A stretch of DNA of 64,000 nt from Chiloscyllium plagiosum (lineage: Eukaryota), in contig NC_057718.1 in assembly GCF_004010195.1 (NCBI RefSeq), forward strand, positions 85,760,283-85,824,282. The letters run 5' to 3'. Of the stretch, positions 40,455-51,050 are shown in pieces (the stretch's first letter is position 1; the number at the start of each line of letters is the position of its first letter). The notes beneath the pieces are model-generated. The model made no database searches and was not told where the DNA came from. It saw nothing but the letters and a program-made list of their open reading frames with translations. The translations under genes and the position numbers were made by a program.

Positions 40455-41210
40455 GTACATGGGAAATAGGAGCAAGAGTAGGACATTGAGTCATTTGAAA
40501 CTGCTCCAGCGCTTAACAGGATAATTACTGACCTTGTACCTCAACTTCAGCCTCCCTCACTATCTTTTTATTTCTTGATTTTGATAATATCCAAAAGCTA
40601 TTGACCTTGATCTTGAATATTCTCAACTACTGAACATCTGCAGCTCTCTGAGTAAAGAATTCCAAAGGTTTATATGACAAAGTTTTGTTTCCTCTCAGTC
40701 CCAAATGGACAGACTCATTATTGTGAGACTCTGACGCATATTGTGGGCTGCCCAGCCCTGGGTAACATCCTCCCAACATATAGCCTGTCAAGCCGCTTAA
40801 GAATTTTATACATTCAATGTGATCACCTCCCACTTTCTAAACTGCAGGGAAGGTTGGCCCAGTCTACTCAATCGCTCCTCATAGGTCAAGTCTCTCATTC
40901 CAGGAAGCAGTCGAATGAACCTTCACTGTACTCTCCTGGTGCAAGTATGTTCTTCCTTAGGGAAGGAGATCAGAAATGCATAAACTGCTCCAAAAGTATC
41001 CTCACCATTTCTCTGTGTAATTATAGTAAGCTTCTTTAGTCTCATACTCTTTTGTAACAGAAATTACTTCGCAATTTTTCTTCCAAATTGCTTGCTTTAG
41101 CTGCATGTCAATATTCAGTGATTCACTTTCAAGGACACCCAAGTCCATTGGAATACAAATATTTTCAAGTTTCTCACCATTCAAAAAAAAAAAATTTTTT
41201 ATTATTAAAA
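40455..41210 (-). mobile_element. Older CR1 LINE 3' part
   Basis: gaaataggagcaagagtagg tail; DLGVL motif in ORF 41002-41214. Confidence 0.75.
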
Positions 41211-41859
41211 CCAAAAAATGTTTTTATTCTCCTGTCCTAAAATGCTTCATTCTCAGACCATTCCCCGACTTGCTTTAGTCTGTCCACTGCTTTTCTCCTT
41301 AGTTTCATTTCTATTGAGCTTGGCTTCATTTTCCGGGGACACTTTCCTCCCTAATACTACTTTGAAAAGCTTTGTTACTCCAATAATTCCCCATTTCGTT
41401 GAGACACTGGTCCCATTCCATTCCAGGGGAAATCTGTCCCATTGGCATACTGGGTCAAGTTGGAACAGTATCAATGGATAGAAACACCCCTTTCCTACTG
41501 CAGCTTTTAGGCACAGCCTTTTCGGGGAGACTAGAAGTAGAGAACATTGTTTCCAAATAACAGGCTTCACATTTAAGAGTGTGATAGGGAGAATTCTTTC
41601 CTCTCAGTGGATCGTGAATCTGTGGAACTCTAGTGGAGGCAGGGTCATTGAATAATTCTGATAATAGTAAGAATGTATCTAACTCAGTGAGGCAGTCAAA
41701 GGGTATAGGGAATAGGCAAGAGAATGGAATTTGCAATCCAAATAGATCAACCATGTTCTGATCAAATAGAGAGCAGGTTTAAGGACTTACTTTTGCTCCT
41801 GTTTATTTTTTTTTAAGTTAATTATTGCTCACTATATCATTTTAATTGCATGACACTGT

Positions 41860-42002
41860 GAATGTTTACTATAAATTCCATGACTTATAATCCTGCCCCA
41901 CTAGTTACCGGATGAAACAGCGCTCTGAAAGCTAGTGCTTCCAAATAAACCTGTTGGACTATAACAGGGTGTTGTGTGATTTTTAACTTTGTACACCCCA
42001 TC
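41860..42002 (+). ncRNA. Degenerate PLE-derived hammerhead element (family 3)
   Basis: TAC-CGGATGA-aacagcgctct-GAAAGCTA-GTG (palindromic AGCT stem III), followed by aataaacctgttggactataac. Confidence 0.55.
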
Positions 42003-42314
42003 TGGTTTTATCAGAGACCGCCACAATTGGATTTTCCCTGTCCTTTCCAAATTCCTCTCCAGAAGCCTCGAGATACTATGTACTCTGCAACCGAATGGGT
42101 AACACTCACTTCAGGACTGAATAAACCGGTGGATCAAAGGGAATCAGGAGAAGCTCCATGAACTGTGATCGATTGGCCTGATAGCATTGCTGCTGCTGGA
42201 GCGGAACAAGGCTTTGGTAATCAGTAACCACACTGATGCCAGCCAAATGTTTGATGATGTACAGTGACGTTTCCCTTCATTGAACTGTCCTTGGGACCTT
42301 TCATCTCTACTTAC

Positions 42315-42452
42315 TTCGTGTGAAAGGTAGAAGGCAGCGATTCCCAAAGGCCAGAAGCAGCAGAGCATGGAGAAAACGCTAAGGCCCAGATGGTCCCTGG
42401 GTGGTATCATCAGAAAATTGTCCTCACTTTCCGTCTCACTTGAGTAATCACT
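42315..42452 (-). CDS. SYNDIG1: SYNDIG1 second coding exon (46 codons, [46 protein letters not shown]), start of the CD225/dispanin domain
   Basis: Acceptor ttttttgattttgtgcag|AGT and donor GAA|GTAAGT; 138 nt, phase 0/0; CCFWPLGI motif. Confidence 0.98.
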
Positions 42453-42739
42453 CTGCACAAAATCAAAAAAGCAAGTTAATTGCACACCTCTGTATTGTTT
42501 CTTCATTTCAAAACAGAATGGTCAGTTCATAAGGACATCCAGGAATCAGGTAAAGAGTCAATGAACTGTGATGGAATCTCACAAAGGCTGAAAGCTTGCA
42601 CTTTAACATCAGGACGTATGAAGGAATTCCCAACATCAGTAAGTCTCTGTTAATCACATCTGCTAAATGCCAATCTAAATAAACAGAATCCAGTGGTGAT
42701 GTCACTTGACAATTGCAAGTCCAGAGCCTCGACCAGTCT

Positions 42740-43040
42740 CATAGGATCTCTACAGTGTGGGAGCACACCTTTTAGCCCATTGTGTCTGCAGTGACCCTCT
42801 GAAGAGCATCCCACCCAGGTCCATCCCCCTTACACTATCCTTGTAACTGCATTTCCCGTGACCAATTTACCTAATCTCGACACTACAGAACAGTTTAGCA
42901 CGGCTAATCTACCTAATCTGCACATCTTTGGACTGTGGGAGGAAACCGGAGCACCCAGAGGAAACCCATTCACACAGACAGTTGACCAAGAGTGGAATCG
43001 AACCTGTGCCCCTGATGCTGTGAGGCAGTTCTAACTACTG
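42740..43040 (-). mobile_element. HE1/V-SINE
   Basis: ctgcacatctttggactgtgggaggaaaccggagcaccc; B box ggaatcgaacc on +. Confidence 0.85.
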
Positions 43041-43267
43041 TCTCAACTGAGGTTAAAGCAATTCTTAAAGAACTATGTTTGTCAATCTTCAATTTTGCTT
43101 TTCCAGGGAGGCAAAATTTGACTTAAGATCCTACAATTCTTTGCCAATTGAGAAAGGTGCACCACTGATGCATTCAGAAAACAGGTAGAAATAGATTGTG
43201 CCAACTTGAGAAATACAAAAACTAGAAAATAGACTCAAATGAGGAGAATAGGAACTATTGTGAATTG

Positions 43268-43400
43268 TTATGAAAAAGAGTCGTTTCAGATTTGAAGCAT
43301 TAGCTTTTTCTCTCCCCAATACTGCCAGACCTGCTGAGTTGCTCCAACATTGTGTTTGTTTCTGATTTCCAGCTTCTGCATTACTTTGTTTTGATTTAGC
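43268..43400 (+). mobile_element. Highly degenerate family-2 PLE/hammerhead element
   Basis: atgaaaaa-gagtc..gattt-gaagc then actgccagacctgctgagttgctccaaca..gatttccagcttctgca. Confidence 0.55.
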
Positions 43401-43846
43401 TACAAATTCCTTTGAAATTACTCCACTCCTATGCTTTTAACAAAAAATGAATTGGTGCCAATAACATTTGACTTTTATTGTTCAGTTTAATTTTCTTCCC
43501 ATCTTTTGTTCACAGGTTTTCATAACCAAGTCTGACATTTCCTATTGAAGGGAAAAACAGAACAATTGGATTGATCCCAATTTTATCTCCGGAATAAAAG
43601 TAGTGGAGCAGAGAACCTGCTTAAATCACACGTATTTGAACAACCAATTTAATCAAGTAGTAAGAATTGGCCATTGAAGGTCAGTTTTCAAATTATTTTC
43701 TTCCCCCGCCTTTACTCATGAGGTAACCTAGTTCGATTTGAAATGAACTTTAATGTGAAGTATTTCAACCAATATATACGTTCTAGGATAACAAGACATA
43801 ATATGTTTGGTGATTCATTTCACTTATAAATAATTGAACATAGGAT

Positions 43847-44540
43847 TGTTATGACGATGTGGGTGTCTGTACCTTTAAGAAAGGTAAAAGCTTGCAGAAC
43901 TACCTGACCAAGTAACCTTTTGGTCCAGCAGTTAGTGAAGCTGGTTGTCTGGAGACAAAAACAAATTTGAATTAGGTCAATCAGTTTAAGTGAAACCTCC
44001 CCAAAAAAAAAATACCAAGCTCCAATCAAGTTTGAATTGAGTATATTGACAATATTAAAAGCCAATTACATAATCCAATGCTTTGGGGGGTATGAGACCA
44101 GGGAAAATTGAACAGTTGGGAGATAACTGCCAAAAGTCCAACAGACATAGGCTGCTAGTCAGAACTGTCTGAGGGGAACCGGTGTAGAGAAGGAGTTTGC
44201 ACAGAGAAAGACATCAACACTAACCTGCAGAGCAAATCTATAGAGGAAGACATAAATAGAAGATTTGACCACTGGCTGGTTTTGATATTTGAATTGTTCA
44301 GTAAATCTTAATCAGGGGTGTTACCAGACTAGTATTATAGAAGGGAAAGTAAGAGATAGGTTAGAGGAAGTTGTTGTAAATAATTGTTAGTTAATTATTC
44401 TCGGTTATATTTTAAGAAATAAACTTGTTAATTTTTACTTGAAATAGTTCTTGGCCTCTCGGACTTTCATAGATTACAGCATGGGATAAATCTGTGTGTT
44501 GCTGGTTTAAATGAAGGAGCGTTTACCTCATATTGTAACA
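43847..44540 (+). mobile_element. Solo LTR (694 bp)
   Basis: TGTTA...TAACA inverted termini; flanking 4-mers ggat/gaat; internal AATAAA at about 44418. Confidence 0.7.
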
Positions 44541-46324
44541 GAATAAAGCATTCATCTTAAACACCTTAACCAGCCAAAGTGCTACATGCCCTACCGAGAA
44601 TTAATGTGTGTTTTTTTAAAAAATAAGGGCTAGAGAAAGAGGGCTTTGTCAACCTTTATCACTATCCAAGATCTCAAAAGACAGTAGTGGTCTTCCTGTC
44701 TTCTCTTCTTACTAGGTACATAAGACATACTCTCTCTCTCTCTCGTAGAATTTTATTGTTTTATACTTCTCTTCTGGTTGTTTGAAATCCTCTCTATTTT
44801 ACCATTACCTGTTGCTTGAAGGAGTTGCCAAACAGATTTGAAGTTGCCATGTGACTTTGTGCAAGAATGTTTGTGAACAAATGTAGATGCTCCAGCCAAT
44901 GGTCACAAAACGAAGGAACGATTGGTGCTGTAATGATACTGGACATTGATCTAGCTGACTTGCTGTCAACGGTCACATATCACCTGGGCATGGAAACCCT
45001 TTCAATTCCGTTAGTGGGCAGAGTTGACATGTGATACCCAGAAAATGCTGTGCAGGTGGTGTATGGCACCCTTTAATCCTGGTGGAGACATAGATCACTG
45101 TACAGGGGTCTCTTTAGCAAAGAGAATGAAATGTAGAATGCCAGTGACCTCTCTTACGTAACAGTGGATGGAAGACTGAGATGCTGTAAACATCTCCAGT
45201 CCCAACTTATAGAAAGAAAGACACAGGCACAGTCATTCTCACTGGCACTGCTGCTCTCACCCATCTCCTATAATTCTATTGTGGCGTTTGCAGGTAGCAG
45301 ATTTCAGTAAGAACCTCCTAAAGTAGGATGGAAACCCCAAGACAAAGATGTTCATCTGCAGAGGGCTCTTTCTCCACCTCCTCCTCTTTACTCTTAAAGC
45401 AGCCTACCCTACTCTGTGTGACCTCTGTTCATTCTCCCGATCACTGTCTTTTCCAAAGGAGAACGGTAACAACTGAACTCATGCCTGGGAACAAATGGTT
45501 TATGTAGAAACCATAAAGTCAGCACAAATTCCTTCAACAAGAGCCAAATCTGGTCACTTGTAATCTTTTGCAGCTTTAAACTTCAGAAAGCTCAAAACAT
45601 TTGTAGAATTGAAGTCAAACCTAGTGACTAATCTGTGTTGTGGAAGAGGGGTGGAGGTTACCTTCCTTATACATATCAAACTGTGAGAGTTTAAGCTTGA
45701 GTGTGAGAGATTCACTGCAGGAGTCACATCAGTGTTTCCTGTTGATTAATGCCAAGATCTGCCTGCCCTGTGCATTTACTCAGCCTTTCACTTTGACTTT
45801 GTCTCAACGCAGTGTCCAGCAAAGCTCACCCAAAAGATATATGTGTACCCCATTAGCTGCCTTTCTGATCCTCAAATAACAACCATGGCATCCAAACAGT
45901 GAAGGTTACCCATCCCAATGTCAAACAGCTGAGACCATCCTTCCAACCAATTATTTCTGCATTATAGTTTAGGCTCTATTGGAAACAAAATTAAAAAAAA
46001 TAAATTGTTATTCTCACAAAAGGGCATAAAAAACATTCAATTGTGGACTACTTCAGAAATCTTATTCAATCAACTAACATGACTTTGAAACTAAAACGGA
46101 GTAAAATCTGATTAAGATGTTCATTTCTGAAAAAGGAGAAGAGAACCACCTCATGCTGGAAATCAGAAACAATCTCTGTTTTGGTTTCTGTTCATTCCAA
46201 AGTTTATGAAGTGATATTATAAATAATGGGAGGGTGTTGGTGGTGTAAAAATGATCTCACTATAATGGGGTAAATGTGCATCATCCCATTATTTGGGGAA
46301 GAAATGCAGTGCACATTCTATACC

Positions 46325-47105
46325 CGCAACTAAATCAGCTGGGTCAAAGGGCCAAGCAGTGGCAGATGCAGTTTAATTTAGATAAATGTCATTTGTTGCA
46401 TCTTGGAAGGCCAAACCAGGACAGGACTAACACAGTTAATGGTAAGGCCCTGGGGTGTGATGTCGAAAAAAAGAGACGTGGGTATGTAGTTCCTTTAAAT
46501 GATTCCCTTCCTGATGTAGGGCTTATGTCCAAAACATCGACTCTCCTGCTCCTCGGATGCTGCCTGACCTGCTGTGCTTTTCCAGCACCACTCTAGACAC
46601 TGATCTCCAGCAAGTGCTGTCCTCACTTTCTCCTCATTCCTTTAAAGTTGTGTGACAGGGTGGTGAAGGCAGCATTTGAGATGCTTTCCTGCATTGGTCA
46701 GAGTATTGAATATAGGAGTTGGGACGTCATTTTGCAAGTGCACAGGATGTAGGTGAGGCCACTTTTGGAATACCACATACAGCTCTGGTCGCTCGGCTTT
46801 AGGAAGGATATCATTAAATTAGAAAGGGTGTAGAAAAGATTTACAAAGATGTTGCTGGGATTGGAAGATTTTAGTTGAGAGAGACCAGATAGGCTGGGAC
46901 TTTTTTCCCTGGAGCATAGGAGGTTGAGGGGTGAGCCTATAGGGGTTTATAAAATCATGAGGGTGGGGTGAAAAGCCAAGATCTTTTCCTGAGGGTGGGG
47001 TAAATTCAAAACTAGAGGGCACAGACTAAAGGTAAAAGGGGAAGGATTTAAAAGGAACCTGTGGGACAGAATTCTCACACACAGGTTGGTTTGTGTATGG
47101 AATTA
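46325..47105 (+). mobile_element. CR1 LINE 3' part carrying a hammerhead-element insertion
   Basis: QWQMQFNLDKCHLLHLG motif; aaactagagggcac; interrupted at 46500-46636. Confidence 0.88.
46500..46636 (+). mobile_element. Stand-alone 137-bp hammerhead element (family 1) with a 10-bp target-site duplication
   Basis: TTCCTTTAAA at 46490-46499 and 46637-46646; CTGATGT-A-GGGC-TTAT-GTCC-AAAACATC-GA at 46511-46540. Confidence 0.85.
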
Positions 47106-47290
47106 ATTGAAAAAGGTGTTGCTGGAAAAGCACAGGTCAGGCAGCAACCGAGGAACAGGAGAATCAAAGTTTTAGGCATGAGCCCTTCTTCAGGAATGAG
47201 GAAGGTGTGCCAAGCAGGCTAAGATAAAAGGTAGGGAGGAGGGACTTGGGGGAGGGGCGTTGGCAATGCGGTAGGTGGTTTCAGGTAGGT

Positions 47291-47324
47291 TTCCTGAAGA
47301 AGGGCCTGTGCCCGAAACGTCGAA
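47291..47324 (+). ncRNA. Minimal type-I hammerhead ribozyme with intact catalytic core
   Basis: TTC|CTGAAGA|A|GGGC-CTGT-GCCC|GAAA|CG|TC^|GAA. Stem I is TTC/GAA, stem II is 4 bp, stem III is the palindrome ACGT. Predicted cleavage after GUC at 47321. Confidence 0.8.
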
Positions 47325-47511
47325 TCTCCTGTTCCCTGGATGCTGCCTGAGCAATAAAGTTTCAACTTTGATCTCCAGCATCTGCAGACCTCACTTTCTC
47401 CTCCGGAAAGAGGTTAAGGTGAGGGTGATCGGCCGGAGAGGGGGTGGGGGCAGAGAGGTCGGGAAGAAGATTGCAGATCAAGAAGGCGGTGCTGAGTCTG
47501 AGGGTTGGGAC

Positions 47512-47768
47512 NNNNNNNNNNNNNNNNNNNNNNNNNNNNNNNNNNNNNNNNNNNNNNNNNNNNNNNNNNNNNNNNNNNNNNNNNNNNNNNNNNNNNNNNN
47601 NNNNNNNNNNNNNNNNNNNNNNNNNNNNNNNNNNNNNNNNNNNNNNNNNNNNNNNNNNNNNNNNNNNNNNNNNNNNNNNNNNNNNNNNNNNNNNNNNNNN
47701 NNNNNNNNNNNNNNNNNNNNNNNNNNNNNNNNNNNNNNNNNNNNNNNNNNNNNNNNNNNNNNNNNNNN
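47512..47768. other. Assembly gap (257 N)
   Basis: Run of N. Confidence 1.
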
Positions 47769-49111
47769 GGGGTCTGTTTGGAGGTGGCGGAAATGACGAA
47801 GGATGATACGATGTATCTGGAGGTTGGTGGGGTGGTAGGTGAGGACCAGTGGGGTTCTGTCCTGGTGGCAATTGGAGGGGCGGGGTTCAAGGACGGAGGA
47901 GCAGGAAGTGTACTTCATTTTAAATGTAAAACTAGGCCATTTAATAAGTAATTTCAGAAGGTACTTTGTGATGCAAAACATTAGAAATCTGGAATCAATG
48001 CCCTCAAAATATGATGGATTCTGGGCCAAATTGTATGTTCAGGACTTGAAAGTTTTCCACAAATTTTGTGGGATAAAGGTATTGGTAGATATAGAGCAAT
48101 GGCAGGTCAATGGAGTTAAGGTGCAGATTGGCCAGGACCTATTACAATGGAGGAAAAGGGGCGGAATGGCTGACCACTATAGGTTAGTGGGACCCTGATT
48201 TTGCTGCTGTATCAGGCTGGGATAGATAAAGAAAAGGAGACCCAATTCTGCGATGTCTGCTCCCATTTCCACCTTCTTCCATTTTCAAGGACGCGGGACA
48301 TTGGTGAAATGTTGTTAGCGTTCATTCAGAAATCCCCAACACTACAGGTTTCATTGCAGGTGTGGCGCTTTCTGAGCTCTTGCAATCTCCAAGGGGTTGC
48401 TGCTGACTTTGGAAATCTTCTCAAGATGATATGGTTCATTTCAGGTCAGATGCGTTGTGAAATATGTCAGAAGCCTATCTAAATTTTGGGTCCTATTTTG
48501 CAGGTAAATTTAAAAATGCGTTGACAACTTGACACTTGAAAAAAATTCTTCAACATTTAATTAAAGTGTGATTTCATTACTGTGATTGATCATAGGCATT
48601 TGTTCGTACAAATGTAAGTGGCCATAAAACTGACCAGCAAAGTGAAGGCATTCAGACGCTTTAGGGTACTTTATCCAGTGGATCAATATTCTTTTGCATT
48701 GAACAATATGATTACGACTGTCATGTATTAGTTGAACCAAGTGCTTTTTTGCCTTTCATTGGCAGGCCAGCCATCTGATCAGCCTTTGCTCAGTGGAACA
48801 GATGGCTGAGTTTTACAACTGACAACTCAGTCATCTTTTCAGCATTTGAAATGTGAAACCCCTGGGATCTGTTTCACTGCATGAAAGGCTTTAATATATT
48901 CAGACCCTAGGCTCTTTGCCGACCAGCCTATGCCATGAAATCTCATTATGAAAGTTTGGTGAAACTTCAAGCCCCATTAATGGGGCCAATTTTATTTCTG
49001 GCTAGACATTTAATGAGAGGTCTATTTTCCATCCTTTGGGGAAGAAATGCATTTTAAATGTCAGCTTAAGTGACTTGTGGTTTTCAGAGATCATAGAGCC
49101 GAGAGATCAGA

Positions 49112-49452
49112 GGAGAGGCAATGGGTTAATGGTATTGTCACTGAACTGTTAACCCAAAGACCCAAATTCTACTCTGGGGACTTGGATTTGAACCCTACCA
49201 CAGCAGATGGTGGAATTTGAATTCAATAAGGAAATCTGGAATTAAGAACCTAATGAGGACTGTGAATCTATGGCTGATTGTTGGAAAAACTCATCTGGTT
49301 CACAAAACTGCTATCCTTACCTGGTCTGGCCTACATGTGACTCCAGACCCACAGCAACATGGTTGACGATTAACCATCCTCTGGGCAATTAGGGATGGGC
49401 AATAAATGTTGGCCTAGCTAGTGACACACTTGTCCTGTGAATAAATAAAAAG
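49112..49452 (+). mobile_element. tRNA-derived SINE with a LINE-shared tail
   Basis: ggcaatgggttaatgg A-box-like head; cctggtctggcctacatgtgactccagacccac core; gggcaataaatgttggcctagc tail. Confidence 0.8.
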
Positions 49453-50011
49453 AAATCCCACTGCTCAAGTGATGCTGGCCAATCACAGGCCAACAGCTCT
49501 TAATTATAGGCAAAACTACTGGGAGTAGTAGTGGCAGCCACTGCAATGCACCCATCTTAGGGCTCAGAATTGGCAAGGAACCCAGGCCATAAATGAATGA
49601 AGGCAAGATGCAGGTGAGGAAAGGGGGAGGGGATGCCTGAGAGTCACTCCCCCTTCCTGATGCAAGGTATGACTGAAAATGAAGACCTTGTTGGGAGCTC
49701 ATGAGTCAAAACAACTAGCAGAAGGATCAATGGGCATTAACTGCCTCCTTAAGGACTCCAGTGGGTGGTGGTAGTATGGGAAAGCTGTCTACCTATGAGC
49801 ACTTATGCCCCTGCCCCCACCCCCCCCCCCCCCCAAAAAACCCGGCACCATCTTACCCAATGAAATGCCCCTCAACCTCCAAATCCTATTGGCTGAAGCA
49901 TTAATGACCCAGTCACCGTACAGGAAACTAAAACCATCGCATCTCTGGACAGCAATGATGACTGAATTATTTGGTTTTAACATAATGGAGATACAGGAAG
50001 ACATCATGTAG

Positions 50012-50368
50012 AAGGTGACTGGCTAATGTTATTATTGCTGGATAATTAATCCAAAGACTTTGTTAATTATCTGGGCACCAGGGTTCAAATCCTGCAGATG
50101 CTAGAATCTGAATTCAATTTTTAAAAAGAATCTCGGATTAAGAATTTAATGATAATCATGAAATAGTTGTCAATTGTTAGGGAAAAAAAAACATGTGGCT
50201 CGCTAGTGTCTTTTAGAGAAGAAAATTGATGTCCCTACCTGGTCTGGCCTACATGTGACTCCAGACCCACAACAATGTGGTTGACTCTTAACTGCCCTCT
50301 ACGCAATGATGGATAGACAATAAATGCTGCACTAGCCAGTGAAGAGCAAATCCTGTGAATAAGTAAAA
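50012..50368 (+). mobile_element. tRNA-derived SINE, same family as 49112-49452
   Basis: gggttcaaatcc B box; identical core cctggtctggcctacatgtgactccagacccac. Confidence 0.8.
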
Positions 50369-50661
50369 TGTAATAAGCCCCTTAATCCCTATTTTGCCAA
50401 CCAGACCATGGGTGATCCAAATTTTACTTCCATTTCTCCACTTTAGTCCCATATCTCTCAATGACAAAAATATATCCCTTCTGAATTTCGCCATTTTGAA
50501 CTGACCTAATATGATGCTGGTGGGTTGGGAAAGTTTCAGAATTCCACTTGCCTTTGAGGAAATCCTTGCTATCATGAACAGACCAGCTGTAATTTTAAAG
50601 TTATGCTCTTTGTTCTTAAATGTCACCAGGAGGAAGTAATTTCTCTCTTTAATCTGTACTG

Positions 50662-51050
50662 TAGAAGAATGAAGGGGGAGTCTTACGGAAACACAATTTT
50701 ATAAGGGAATAGATCAGATAGGATCAGGGAGGTTGTTTCTACTGGCAGGTGAAACTAGAACTGGGAGGGAATAGCCTCAAAATAAGAGAGCAGATTTAGG
50801 ACTGAGTTGAGGAGGAACATCTTCCCACAAAGGGTTGTGAATCTGTGGAATTCCTTATGCAGTGCGGCTACCTCACTGCATGTTTTTAAGGCAGAGATAG
50901 ATTTTTGAACAGTAAAGGATTTAAGGGTTATAGTGAGTAGGCAGGGAAGTGGAGCTGAGTCCACATAAAGATCAGACATGATCTTATTGAATGGCGGAGC
51001 AGGCTCAATGTGCCAGAAAACTTACCCCCGCTCCTAGTTTTTATGTTCTT
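50662..51050 (+). mobile_element. CR1 3' end inserted in an older minus-strand CR1
   Basis: gaaactagaactggg..aggaacatcttcccacaaagggttgtgaatctgtggaattcc; tail ttatgttctt. Confidence 0.75.

Larger units (their letters stand above)
47110..47908 (-). mobile_element. Penelope-like element with inverted terminal repeats, spanning the assembly gap
   Basis: Right of the gap the minus strand encodes DRTPLVLTYHPTNLQIHRIILRHFRHLQTDP (same region as 1000-1110). Left of the gap there are two oppositely oriented repeat copies, each with a hammerhead. Confidence 0.82.

Noticed and set aside
47275..48029. Several long ORFs with X runs
   Set aside because: Artefacts of translating through the 257-N gap.
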